Source: Candidatus Avispirillum sp. (GTDB lineage: Bacteria > Bacillota > Clostridia > Oscillospirales > CAG-272). Taken from it: a stretch of DNA of 64,000 bases. Below, in pieces: positions 45,596 through 54,652 of the stretch. A program made the translations under genes and the position numbers. The notes beneath the pieces were generated by a model, which was not told where the DNA came from, did not search any database, and saw nothing but the letters and a program-made list of their open reading frames with translations. Within the stretch, counting starts at the first letter, position 1; each line of letters begins with the position of its first letter. The DNA is taken from NCBI GenBank assembly GCA_045631345.1, contig JAZQUP010000019.1, forward strand, positions 18,739 to 82,738. The letters are read 5' to 3'.

Positions 45596-46760
45596 TCTCT
45601 GTATCGACATTGGCTACCAGAGCCTTAACCATGTTGGCGAACAGCTTTGCGGCGACCACATAGATATAGTTGAGGCAGATGAAAATTCAACTGTTGTAGT
45701 TTTGGCAGACGGACTTGGAAGCGGCGTTAAGGCAAGTATTCTTTCAACTCTCACCTCCAAGATCATTTCAACTATGATGGCGGCAGGGCTTTCTATTGAA
45801 GATTGTGTTGAAACAATAGCGGCAACTCTTCCTGTTTGTTCTGTGCGTCAGGTAGCATATTCAACTTTCACCATTATCCATATCATAAATAACGAAGAGG
45901 CTGATATTATCCAGTATGATAACCCTCAGGTTATAATGCTTCGTAACGGTGAGAATTATGACTATCCTAAAACAGAAATGATCCTGGGCGAAAAGAAGAT
46001 ATATCGCTCAAGAGTTCAGCTTCAGGAAGATGATATATTCGTTGCTATGAGCGACGGATGTATACATGCAGGCGTTGGTCTCACTCTCAATTTCGGTTGG
46101 GAACGCAAGGAGATCATCAGCTTTCTTGAAACCTTTGCTCACGTTGGATTCACAGCGAAAACTCTTGCAACCATGCTTGCTGATGAGTGCAATAAGCTTT
46201 ATGGCTTTGAGCCCGGTGATGACACTACGGTTTGCGCTATAAGAGTTCGTCGTCGTGAGCCCATGAACATATTGTTTGGTCCTCCTGCCAACCCCGACGA
46301 TGCTAATCGAATGATGGCGCTGTTCTTTGCTAAGCAGGGAAAGCATATTGTTTGCGGAGGAACCACCTCCTCTATTGCGGCAAAGTATCTTGGTAAAACA
46401 TTAAGACCAAGTCTCAGCTTTTTTGATCCTGAAATTCCGCCAACAGCAGAGCTTGAGGGCGTTGATCTGGTAACCGAGGGTGTTATCACTGTCAATAAAG
46501 TTGTGGAAAATGCCAAGGACCATCTTGGTGAAAATAAAAATTATGAAAAGTGGAGTGTTTCCAGAGATGGAGCCTCCCTTATATCCCGTTTGCTTTTTGA
46601 AGAGGCAACGGACATAAATTTCTTTGTTGGACGAGCTGTAAACCCGGCTCACCAAAACCCCGACCTGCCTATTAACTTCCACATCAAGATGAACTTGGTT
46701 GAAGAGCTTTCGGCTTGTCTGAAGCGAATGGGCAAAAAAATCAAAGTTATCTATTTCTGA
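45588..46760 (+). CDS. SpoIIE/PP2C-family serine phosphatase with uncharacterised C-terminal domain
   Basis: 390 aa. The N-terminal ~220 aa form a PP2C fold (GDHIDIVE...VLADGLGSGVKA...MSDG...GDDTTV). The ATG overlaps the hydS stop by 8 nt. The C-terminal ~170 aa have no recognised family. Confidence 0.85.
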   Translation: MNNLCIDIGYQSLNHVGEQLCGDHIDIVEADENSTVVVLADGLGSGVKASILSTLTSKIISTMMAAGLSIEDCVETIAATLPVCSVRQVAYSTFTIIHIINNEEADIIQYDNPQVIMLRNGENYDYPKTEMILGEKKIYRSRVQLQEDDIFVAMSDGCIHAGVGLTLNFGWERKEIISFLETFAHVGFTAKTLATMLADECNKLYGFEPGDDTTVCAIRVRRREPMNILFGPPANPDDANRMMALFFAKQGKHIVCGGTTSSIAAKYLGKTLRPSLSFFDPEIPPTAELEGVDLVTEGVITVNKVVENAKDHLGENKNYEKWSVSRDGASLISRLLFEEATDINFFVGRAVNPAHQNPDLPINFHIKMNLVEELSACLKRMGKKIKVIYF

Positions 46761-46774
46761 GAGGTGTAAATCAA

Positions 46775-48217
46775 ATGGCAAAAATCAGAAAGTTTGACAC
46801 AAAGGTTCAGTATCTTAAATATAAAGTTCTTCGTGAGGTTGCCCGCTATGCATGGCAGGGAACTCTTGCAGAAAATCTGCTGAACATTCCCGAGATCATT
46901 ATTCCCGGTAAAAATCCCACAATGCGCTGCTGTGTTTATAAGGAAAGAGCCGTTGTTGGTGAAAGAATAAAGATGGCTATGGGCGGAGATAAGTTCAATC
47001 CCAATGTTATTGAGGTTATCGATATTGCTTGTGATGAATGTCCTATGGGCGGTTATGAGGTTTCCGCTGCTTGTCGTGGATGCCTTGCTCACCGTTGTGA
47101 AGATGTTTGTAAGCGTGGCGCCATCACATTTGATGAGCATCAGAAGGCTCATATTGATAAGTCAAAATGTATCGAGTGCGGTCAGTGCGCAAAGGTTTGT
47201 CCCTATAGCGCTATCACTAATAATAAGCGTCCTTGCGAGGTTGCTTGTAAGGTGAAGGCCATCACTATGGGCGATCATAAGCAGGCAAAAATAGATAACG
47301 ATAAGTGTATCTCCTGCGGAGCTTGCGTTTATCAGTGTCCCTGGGGAGCTATCAACGATAAGAGCTTTATTCTTGATGTTGTTGATATGATCCGCCTCAG
47401 CGAAAATAATAACAAGTATAAGGTGTATGCAATCGTTGCACCCTCTATCTCCAGCCAGTTTACATACGCAAAAATGCCCCAGGTTACAAGCGGAATCAAA
47501 GCCCTCGGCTTCTATTCAGTTATTGAAGCAGCTCTTGGTGCTGATATGGTTGCTCTTTCCGAGGCAAAAGAACTTGTTGAAAAAGGATTCCTCACCAGCT
47601 CCTGCTGCCCCGCATTTGTTAGCTATGTGAAGAAGCAGTTCCCCGACCTTGCTCCACATATTTCACATAACCTTTCTCCTATGGGTGCGCTTGCTAAATA
47701 TATAAAGAAAACCGATCCCACCTCAAAGGTTGTGTTCATCGGCCCCTGTACAGCTAAGAAAATGGAATATCAGAAGGACGAGGTTTCTCCCTACGTTGAT
47801 TCTGTTATCACATTTGAAGAATTACAAGCACTCTTTGACAGCAAAGATCTTGATATCACCACTCTTGAAGGCACAGATCTTGATAACGCATCATACTACG
47901 GCAGAATTTTTGCACGAGTTGGAGGACTTTCCGATGCGGTTGTTCAGTCTCTCAAAGAACAGGGTATTGAAAACTTTGATCTTAAAGCTGTTCCCTGCGA
48001 CGGAATCGAAGCTTGCAAGGTTGCGCTTCTCAAGGCATCAAAGAGAGTTCTTGACGGCAACTTTATTGAAGGTATGGCTTGCACAGGCGGTTGTATCGGC
48101 GGAGCGGGCTGTCTGACTCATGGAGAAAAGAACAAAGCCGACGTTGACCGTTACGGCAGAGAAGCTATGGAAAAAACTATTAAGGACGCAACAAGCGTGC
48201 TCAGTATGTTTGAGTAA
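46775..48217 (+). CDS. hydA: [FeFe]-hydrogenase, catalytic type (group B-like, multiple N-terminal Fe-S motifs)
   Basis: The ORF track gives 46715. The ATG at 46775 lies 8 nt after GAGGTG. H-cluster motifs are LTSSCCPAF, FIGPCTAKKME and IEGMACTGGCIGGAG. Several CxxCxxCxxxCP motifs lie upstream. Confidence 0.9.
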   Translation: MAKIRKFDTKVQYLKYKVLREVARYAWQGTLAENLLNIPEIIIPGKNPTMRCCVYKERAVVGERIKMAMGGDKFNPNVIEVIDIACDECPMGGYEVSAACRGCLAHRCEDVCKRGAITFDEHQKAHIDKSKCIECGQCAKVCPYSAITNNKRPCEVACKVKAITMGDHKQAKIDNDKCISCGACVYQCPWGAINDKSFILDVVDMIRLSENNNKYKVYAIVAPSISSQFTYAKMPQVTSGIKALGFYSVIEAALGADMVALSEAKELVEKGFLTSSCCPAFVSYVKKQFPDLAPHISHNLSPMGALAKYIKKTDPTSKVVFIGPCTAKKMEYQKDEVSPYVDSVITFEELQALFDSKDLDITTLEGTDLDNASYYGRIFARVGGLSDAVVQSLKEQGIENFDLKAVPCDGIEACKVALLKASKRVLDGNFIEGMACTGGCIGGAGCLTHGEKNKADVDRYGREAMEKTIKDATSVLSMFE

Positions 48218-48226
48218 AATGCAAAT

Positions 48227-48258
48227 AAAAAGGAAGGATGATCTCCTTCCTTTTTTGT
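48227..48258 (+). terminator. intrinsic terminator after hydA
   Basis: Stem AGGAAGGA/TCCTTCCT (48231-48251) followed by TTTTTTG. Confidence 0.85.
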
Positions 48259-48383
48259 TTGAACTTTGATATGCTATAATCTTAAAAATGCTATAGATTA
48301 ACAAACAGCATTTTTTATATGCAAAAGCTATAGATAATGGCGTAAAACAGGCGTTTTTTAGGTGGTTTGTCTACCAAAAAAAG

Positions 48384-48412
48384 TTGACAAAAATTGAAAT
48401 GTGTTATATAAT
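48384..48412 (+). promoter_or_regulatory. sigma-A-type promoter, exact TTGACA-17-TATAAT, upstream of yicC
   Basis: TTGACA at 48384-48389 and TATAAT at 48407-48412. Confidence 0.7.
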
Positions 48413-48468
48413 TATTAAGATATAAATATAAAATCGGGTACTATACCCGGAAGGGACGAAACAGCACT

Positions 48469-49362
48469 ATGCCTAAGAGTATGACAGCATTCGGCCGAGC
48501 AAGAAACACTTCTGCAGACGGCTCAAAGGATATAACAGCTGAGATCAAATCTGTAAACAGCAGATATATGGATTGCACAGTTAAGCTGCCCCGTATGTAT
48601 TCCTTCCTTGAGGAAAGAATAAAGGCGTATCTCACATCAAGAGGTATTCAGCGAGGCAAAATTGAAATATATATAGGCGTTGATGTGCTTGAGCAGGCAG
48701 GCAGCGAGGTTTATCTTGACCGTGCCGCTGCAGCTTCCTATATAGCTGCACTTGAAACTCTTCGTGATGAATTTGATCTTCGTGATGATATTTCTGTTAT
48801 GAGAGTTGCGGCAAATCGTGAGCTTTTCTCAATGAAAAAGCCCAGCGATGATGCGGAGCGTGATTGGGAGGATGTTCGCAGCGTTCTTTCTCCCGCAGTT
48901 GATGCATTCCTTGAGCGCCGTGAGGCTGAGGGAGCTAGATTGATGGAGGATATCTATTCCAAAATTGAGGGCATTAAAGCTATCACAGTTAAGATTGCTG
49001 AAATTTCCGCAAACGATATTCAGGGCTATGGCGCAAAGCTTGAAGAAAGAATCCGCAAATTCCTTGCAGATTTTGATGTTGAGATAAGCGAGCAGAGAAT
49101 TCTCACAGAGGCTGCTGTTTTTGCAGATAAGGCAGCAATTGATGAGGAGCTGGTGCGTCTTTCCAGCCATTTTGAAACATTCCGTGAAATTGCAAGCAGT
49201 CCCGAACCTGCAGGAAGAAAGCTTGATTTTCTTCTTCAGGAAATGAACCGAGAAACAAACACTATCGGTTCAAAATGCTCCAATGCGGAAATTGCTCACC
49301 TTGTTGTTGATATTAAGGCGGAGCTTGAAAAAATCAGAGAGCAGATCCAGAATATAGAATAA
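48469..49362 (+). CDS. yicC: YicC/YloC-family protein
   Basis: 297 aa. MTAFGRA...IKSVNSRY at the N-terminus and LLQEMNRETNTIGSK at the C-terminus. Confidence 0.9.
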   Translation: MPKSMTAFGRARNTSADGSKDITAEIKSVNSRYMDCTVKLPRMYSFLEERIKAYLTSRGIQRGKIEIYIGVDVLEQAGSEVYLDRAAAASYIAALETLRDEFDLRDDISVMRVAANRELFSMKKPSDDAERDWEDVRSVLSPAVDAFLERREAEGARLMEDIYSKIEGIKAITVKIAEISANDIQGYGAKLEERIRKFLADFDVEISEQRILTEAAVFADKAAIDEELVRLSSHFETFREIASSPEPAGRKLDFLLQEMNRETNTIGSKCSNAEIAHLVVDIKAELEKIREQIQNIE

Positions 49363-49392
49363 GAAAAACTGCTATAATAGATAGGTAACACT

Positions 49393-49650
49393 ATGAAGTT
49401 TATCAATATAGGCTTTAACAATATGATAGCCGCTAACCGAATCATTGCGCTCATCGGTCCCGATAGTGCGCCCTCCAAGCGTCTTATTCAGGAGGCAAAG
49501 GATGAGGGCAGAGTGCTTGATTGCACAAGCGGCAGAAGAACAAGAGCAGTTATTGTAACTGACAGCGACCACGTTGTTCTTTCGGCGATCCAGACAGAAA
49601 CAATTGCCGCAAGAATGATGGGTGAGGAGGTTCACGACGATGCAGAGTAA
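49393..49650 (+). CDS. remA: RemA/YlzA (DUF370) family regulator
   Basis: 85 aa. [33 protein letters not shown]. Confidence 0.9.
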   Translation: MKFINIGFNNMIAANRIIALIGPDSAPSKRLIQEAKDEGRVLDCTSGRRTRAVIVTDSDHVVLSAIQTETIAARMMGEEVHDDAE

Positions 49651-50254
49651 AGGAACACTTGTTGTTATTTCCGGCCCCTCAGGCAGCGGCAAGGGCACAG
49701 TAGTAAAGCGCCTTCGTGAGATAATGCCCGAGGTGAGCCTTTCCGTTTCTGCCACAACAAGAGCACCCCGTGAGGGCGAGGCTGACGGCAGAGAATATTA
49801 TTTTATCACAAGAGACGATTTTGAAGATATGGTTGCTCAGGGAGAGATTCTTGAGTTCACATCATATTGCGGAAATTATTACGGAACTCCTAAAAAGGAG
49901 GCCGAGCGTATAACAGGCGAGGGGAAAGACCTGATTCTTGAAATCGAGGTTGATGGCGCATCTCAGATAAAGCGCCTTGTTCCTGATTCTGTAACGATAA
50001 TGCTTATTCCTCCCACAGTTACAATGCTTGAAGCACGTCTTCGTGGCAGAGGAACAGAAACAGAGCAGGTTATTTCAAATCGTCTTGCAAGAGCAAGAGA
50101 AGAAATAAAGCTTGCAACCTCATATGATTATGTGGTTGTCAATGAAGACGGCGAAATTGATAAATGCGCCGAAACAATTCGTGAAATCATCCGTGCTGAA
50201 AGAAATAAAAGTGCGAGAATGACATATATAACAGATAAATTTCTTGATAACTAA
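49640..50254 (+). CDS. gmk: guanylate kinase
   Basis: The ORF track gives 49622 (GTG). The ATG at 49640 lies 9 nt after GAGGAGG. P-loop: [12 protein letters not shown]. Confidence 0.95.
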   Translation: MQSKGTLVVISGPSGSGKGTVVKRLREIMPEVSLSVSATTRAPREGEADGREYYFITRDDFEDMVAQGEILEFTSYCGNYYGTPKKEAERITGEGKDLILEIEVDGASQIKRLVPDSVTIMLIPPTVTMLEARLRGRGTETEQVISNRLARAREEIKLATSYDYVVVNEDGEIDKCAETIREIIRAERNKSARMTYITDKFLDN

Positions 50255-50274
50255 CCGAAAAGGAGAATAATAAA

Positions 50275-50613
50275 ATGATAGTACCTTCCATCCAGGACCT
50301 TACAAAAGACAGATTTAATCGTTACACTCTCGTTATTGCAGCTGCAAAGAGCGCAAGAATGATCACAGACGAATATATGAAGCAGAGAGAAATTGCTGAA
50401 AAGAGAGTTGCAAACAAGGAAACAGATAAGTCCGTTGCAAATATGATCAACCGTGAATATCGTGACGATAAGGCGGTTAAAACAGCTATCAATCATCTTT
50501 ATGCAGGCGATTTTGCAATCGTTGGCTATGACGATGATCTTATTGAAGAAGCTGAAAGAGCAAAGGCAGAAAAGGCAGCTGCAGAGGCAGCGGATCTGGC
50601 TGACGCTGAATAA
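50275..50613 (+). CDS. rpoZ: DNA-directed RNA polymerase subunit omega
   Basis: 112 aa. NRYTLVIAAAKSARMI, in the conserved gmk-rpoZ order. Confidence 0.9.
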   Translation: MIVPSIQDLTKDRFNRYTLVIAAAKSARMITDEYMKQREIAEKRVANKETDKSVANMINREYRDDKAVKTAINHLYAGDFAIVGYDDDLIEEAERAKAEKAAAEAADLADAE

Positions 50614-50629
50614 TAAATTTTAGGACATG

Positions 50630-50665
50630 TCAGCCTGCCTGCCGAAACGGCGGCAGGCTGATTTA
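50630..50665 (+). terminator. strong hairpin between rpoZ and priA (possible partial terminator)
   Basis: Stem TCAGCCTGCC...GGCAGGCTGA (50630-50661) with an inner GCC-GAAAC-GGC stem. The T-run (TTTAG) is weak. Confidence 0.5.
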
Positions 50666-50694
50666 GATATAAAAAATGAAAGGAGGCGCATTTT

Positions 50695-53217
50695 GTGGCG
50701 GGAGAATATGCCAGAGTGAGAATACTTGATGTTCCATATCATGGCGACAGAGTTTATGAATATTATATTCCTGCAACTCTTGCCGATGCAGTTGTTCCCG
50801 GCTGTCTTGTAAATGTAAGCTTTGGCCGAGGAAACAGAAAATGCGCCGCAATCGTAACTGATGTTACAGGCACTCAGGACGGAGAAAGAGAGCTGAAGCC
50901 CATATTCTCCGTTTCCTCAGATAGCCCTGTTTTAACAGAAGAAGAAATTGCCCTTTGCCGATTTATGTGCGATTATACTCTCTGCACTTTTGGTGAAGCT
51001 GTGAAGGCAGTTGTGCCTTCAGCGGCAATGTCAAAGCTTAATTTTTATTATTATGTTTCAGACGAAATAAGCGCCTCAAAGGAGAAAAAGCTTTCTTCAA
51101 AGGCCCTGATTTTTTATAGCTTTATAAAAAGCAGAGGTAAGGTTTCTGCGGGAATGCTCAGAAACGAGTTTGGCGAAGAAACAGCGGCTTTGGCGGCATC
51201 TCTTATCAGACTGGGACTAATAGAAAAAGAAGCGGAAATAAAAGAATCAACCAATATAAAATATATAACCCGCGCATCTCTGAAGGTTTCTCCGGATGAG
51301 GCTGTAAGAGCGGCAGAAAAATCCTCCAGAAGTCCATTGCAGGCGGCAATGCTTCTTCGCCTTGCAGAAATAGGCGAGGCAGATAGTGAAGAGCTTTTTG
51401 CTTATATTGGAAAGGATGCCAAGGTTCAACTTTCAGCCCTTGAAAAAAAGGGGCTGGTTCAGCTCTCCAAAAGAGAAATATACAGAAATCCCTATCTTGC
51501 TGCTTGTGACAAAAAGGATGCATACGAGGGATCTCCCTTGTCAGAGGAGCAGGAGCAGGCAGTTGAAAAGCTTTCGCAGCTTGCTGATTGCGGTGAGGCA
51601 AGAGCAGCGCTTCTCCACGGAGTAACAGGAAGCGGAAAAACAAGAGTTATCAAGGCTATGATAGATAGAATGATAGCTAAGGGGAGAGGCGTTATAATCC
51701 TTGTCCCTGAAATCTCACTCACTCCACAGACTGTTGGGATCTTCTGCTCATGCTACGGAGAGAGAGTTGCGGTTATCCATTCTGCGCTTTCTCAGGGCGA
51801 GAAATACGATGCCTGGAGAAGAATTCGCAGTGGCGAGGCCGATATAGTTATCGGCACACGAAGTGCAATTTTTGCCCCTGTTAAAAACCTTGGAATGATA
51901 GTTATTGACGAGGAGCAGGAGCATACCTATAAATCAGATACCGACCCAAAATATCATGCCCACGATATTGCAAGATACCGATGCGGAAAAACAAATTCGC
52001 TGATGCTTCTTGCTTCAGCAACCCCTTCGCTTTCGTCTTATTATAAAGCCAAAAGCGGAGTATATACCCTGGTTGAATTGAAAAACAGATATGGTGGAGC
52101 GTTGCTTCCGGATGTTATAATCAGCGATATGCGCCTGGACAGAGACACAGGCAATTCTTCGCCTATCGGAATTTCACTTTATTCAAAAATGCTTGAAACG
52201 GTGAAAAACAAAAAGCAGTCTATAGTCTTTCTGAATCGCAGAGGCTATAACAGCGCAGTTTCCTGCAGAATATGCGGAGAAGCTGTAAAATGTCCTCATT
52301 GTTCAGTTTCACTCACATATCATACCCATCGCACACTGGGTAATGCTCAAAATCCTGAGGATTATTTCCGTATGAGAATGGAGAGGGGGAGCCTTTCCTG
52401 CCACTATTGCGGATATAAAACTTCTGTGCCGAGTGTTTGCCCAAGTTGCAAATCGGAGCATTTCCGATTTGTAGGCTGCGGAACACAGCAGGCAGAAGAG
52501 GAAATAGCAAAGTTGCTTCCAACATCACGCATAATGCGAATGGATATGGACACAACCAGCACAAAGCAGGCTTATGATAAAATTCTTGAGGGATTCAGAA
52601 ATAAGGAGGCAGATGTTCTTCTTGGAACTCAGATGGTAACAAAGGGACACGATTTTCCCGATGTAACCCTTGTAGGTGTTATGAATGCTGATGGAAGCCT
52701 GTTTTTAGACGATTACAGAGCCAGCGAGAGAACCTTTGCAATGCTCACGCAGGTTATAGGAAGGGCAGGCAGAGGAAAGGATAAGGGTGTTGCAGTTATA
52801 CAAACATGCAATCCTGATTCTCCCATAATAAAGCTGGCGGCAGCACAGGATTATAAAAGCTTTTACGAAAGCGAGATTGGGGTGCGCCGTGCGCTCACAT
52901 TCCCTCCGTTTTGCGATATAGCAGTTATCAATATCACATGCGGAGACGAAGCGCTTCTTTCTGCCGGCGCAAAGGCAGTTTCTGAATATCTTCGTAATAT
53001 GCTGACAGATGAATATAAGGACGTGGAGGCAGAGGTTTTTGGACCATTTGAGGCTCCCGTTTATAAGGTTCAGAACAGCTACAGAATGAGAATAATTATA
53101 AAATGCCGACTAACAAAGCGCTCAAGATCAATGATAAGCCAGCTGCTTCGTCAGGTTGGAATGAAATCAACAAGAAAAATAACCGTCACGGCGGATCTTA
53201 ATCCGTCGGGGCTTTGA
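50695..53217 (+). CDS. priA: primosomal protein N' (replication restart helicase PriA)
   Basis: 840 aa. The GTG start lies 8 nt after AGGAGG. Walker A LLHGVTGSGKT, DEEQEH, and zinc-binding Cys clusters CRICGEAVKCPHC / CHYCGY...CPSC. Confidence 0.95.
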   Translation: MAGEYARVRILDVPYHGDRVYEYYIPATLADAVVPGCLVNVSFGRGNRKCAAIVTDVTGTQDGERELKPIFSVSSDSPVLTEEEIALCRFMCDYTLCTFGEAVKAVVPSAAMSKLNFYYYVSDEISASKEKKLSSKALIFYSFIKSRGKVSAGMLRNEFGEETAALAASLIRLGLIEKEAEIKESTNIKYITRASLKVSPDEAVRAAEKSSRSPLQAAMLLRLAEIGEADSEELFAYIGKDAKVQLSALEKKGLVQLSKREIYRNPYLAACDKKDAYEGSPLSEEQEQAVEKLSQLADCGEARAALLHGVTGSGKTRVIKAMIDRMIAKGRGVIILVPEISLTPQTVGIFCSCYGERVAVIHSALSQGEKYDAWRRIRSGEADIVIGTRSAIFAPVKNLGMIVIDEEQEHTYKSDTDPKYHAHDIARYRCGKTNSLMLLASATPSLSSYYKAKSGVYTLVELKNRYGGALLPDVIISDMRLDRDTGNSSPIGISLYSKMLETVKNKKQSIVFLNRRGYNSAVSCRICGEAVKCPHCSVSLTYHTHRTLGNAQNPEDYFRMRMERGSLSCHYCGYKTSVPSVCPSCKSEHFRFVGCGTQQAEEEIAKLLPTSRIMRMDMDTTSTKQAYDKILEGFRNKEADVLLGTQMVTKGHDFPDVTLVGVMNADGSLFLDDYRASERTFAMLTQVIGRAGRGKDKGVAVIQTCNPDSPIIKLAAAQDYKSFYESEIGVRRALTFPPFCDIAVINITCGDEALLSAGAKAVSEYLRNMLTDEYKDVEAEVFGPFEAPVYKVQNSYRMRIIIKCRLTKRSRSMISQLLRQVGMKSTRKITVTADLNPSGL

Positions 53218-53234
53218 TAAAAAGGAGAAATATA

Positions 53235-53708
53235 ATGGCAAAGCTTAATATTGTTAAAGAGGGCGATCCCGTTCTTCGTGGGAAATGCCGTCCTGTTCTT
53301 GAAATAACTCCCAGAATCATCACATTGCTTGATGATATGATCGAAACACTTCATGATGCAAACGGAGCAGGACTTGCAGCTCCTCAGGTTGGCATCCGCC
53401 GCAGAATTGCGCTTGTTGAGGTTGAAGATGGTCAGCTTTATGAGCTTATCAATCCTGAGATCATTGATCGCAAGGGCAACCAGCAGGAAATTGAAGGATG
53501 TCTTTCTCTTCCCGGTAAGTGGGGTGTAACAGATCGTCCCATGGAGGTAACAGTTCGTGCAACTAATCGCCATGGTGAAGAATATACAGTTACAGGTAAG
53601 GGTCTTGCGGCAAGAGCATTCTGCCATGAAATTGACCACCTTGATGGTATTCTTTACACAGACCACGCTATTGAAATGCTTGATCCGGAGGACCTTGAAA
53701 TAGAATGA
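53235..53708 (+). CDS. def: peptide deformylase
   Basis: The ORF track gives 53214. The ATG at 53235 follows AAAGGAG. Motifs GAGLAAPQVG, EGCLS and HEIDHL. Confidence 0.95.
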   Translation: MAKLNIVKEGDPVLRGKCRPVLEITPRIITLLDDMIETLHDANGAGLAAPQVGIRRRIALVEVEDGQLYELINPEIIDRKGNQQEIEGCLSLPGKWGVTDRPMEVTVRATNRHGEEYTVTGKGLAARAFCHEIDHLDGILYTDHAIEMLDPEDLEIE

Positions 53709-54652
53709 GTATGAAAGTTCTTTTTATGGGCACTCCCGATATTTCTGCGCAGTGCCTTAAGGCTATCCTTGCTGCAGGCCATGAGGTTGTGGGTGTTGTA
53801 ACTCAGCCTGATAAGCCCAAGGGCAGAGGATATGAAATGGCAAAATCTGCAGTTAAGATACTTGCAGAAGAAATTGGTCTTCCTATTTATCAGCCCGAAA
53901 CTCTTAAGGACGGAGTTTTCCTTCCCACACTTGAAGAGCTTCAGCCCGATATAATCGTTGTTGTAGCATTTGGTAAGATACTTCAGAGCTATGTTCTTGA
54001 TTATCCCAAGTATGGCAGCATCAATATCCACGGATCTGTTCTTCCCGAATACAGAGGAGCTGCTCCTATTCAGCGTGCTATTATTGATGGCAAGAAGGAA
54101 ACAGGCATCACTATTATTCAGATGGATGAGGGCATTGACACAGGAGATATGCTTCATATCATCAAAACTCCTATTGAGGATGATGAAACATTTGAAACTC
54201 TTCACGATAAGCTTGCCGAAATAGGCGGTCGTGCTGTTGTTGAAGCAATGGAGATGATCGAAAACGGAACTGTGGTGAGAGAAAAGCAGGACGATAGCAA
54301 ATCCTGCTATGCAGGCAAGATCACAAAGGCAGATTGCAAACTTGATTTTTCCAAAACTGCAGATCAGCTTAGCTGCCAGATCAGAGGTCTTTCTCCTTTC
54401 CCACTTGCTTTCACAAAGCTTCCCGATGCAAGAATGCTGAAGATAATTTCTGCAAAAAAAGCTCCCGGCTCAACTGAGGCAAAGCCCGGAACTATTGTTT
54501 CTCTTAACAATGGCTTTGAGGTTGCTTGCGGCGACGGAACAAAGCTTCACGTAACAGCGGTTCTTCCTGAAGGAAAGGGAAGAATGAAGGCGGAGGATTT
54601 TGTTCACGGCAGAAGAATTGCTTTAGGTGATATGCTGAAATGGGAAATGTAA
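53705..54652 (+). CDS. fmt: methionyl-tRNA formyltransferase
   Basis: 315 aa. The ATG overlaps the def stop (ATGA). Motif: NIHGSVLPEYRGAAPIQ. Confidence 0.95.
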   Translation: MSMKVLFMGTPDISAQCLKAILAAGHEVVGVVTQPDKPKGRGYEMAKSAVKILAEEIGLPIYQPETLKDGVFLPTLEELQPDIIVVVAFGKILQSYVLDYPKYGSINIHGSVLPEYRGAAPIQRAIIDGKKETGITIIQMDEGIDTGDMLHIIKTPIEDDETFETLHDKLAEIGGRAVVEAMEMIENGTVVREKQDDSKSCYAGKITKADCKLDFSKTADQLSCQIRGLSPFPLAFTKLPDARMLKIISAKKAPGSTEAKPGTIVSLNNGFEVACGDGTKLHVTAVLPEGKGRMKAEDFVHGRRIALGDMLKWEM

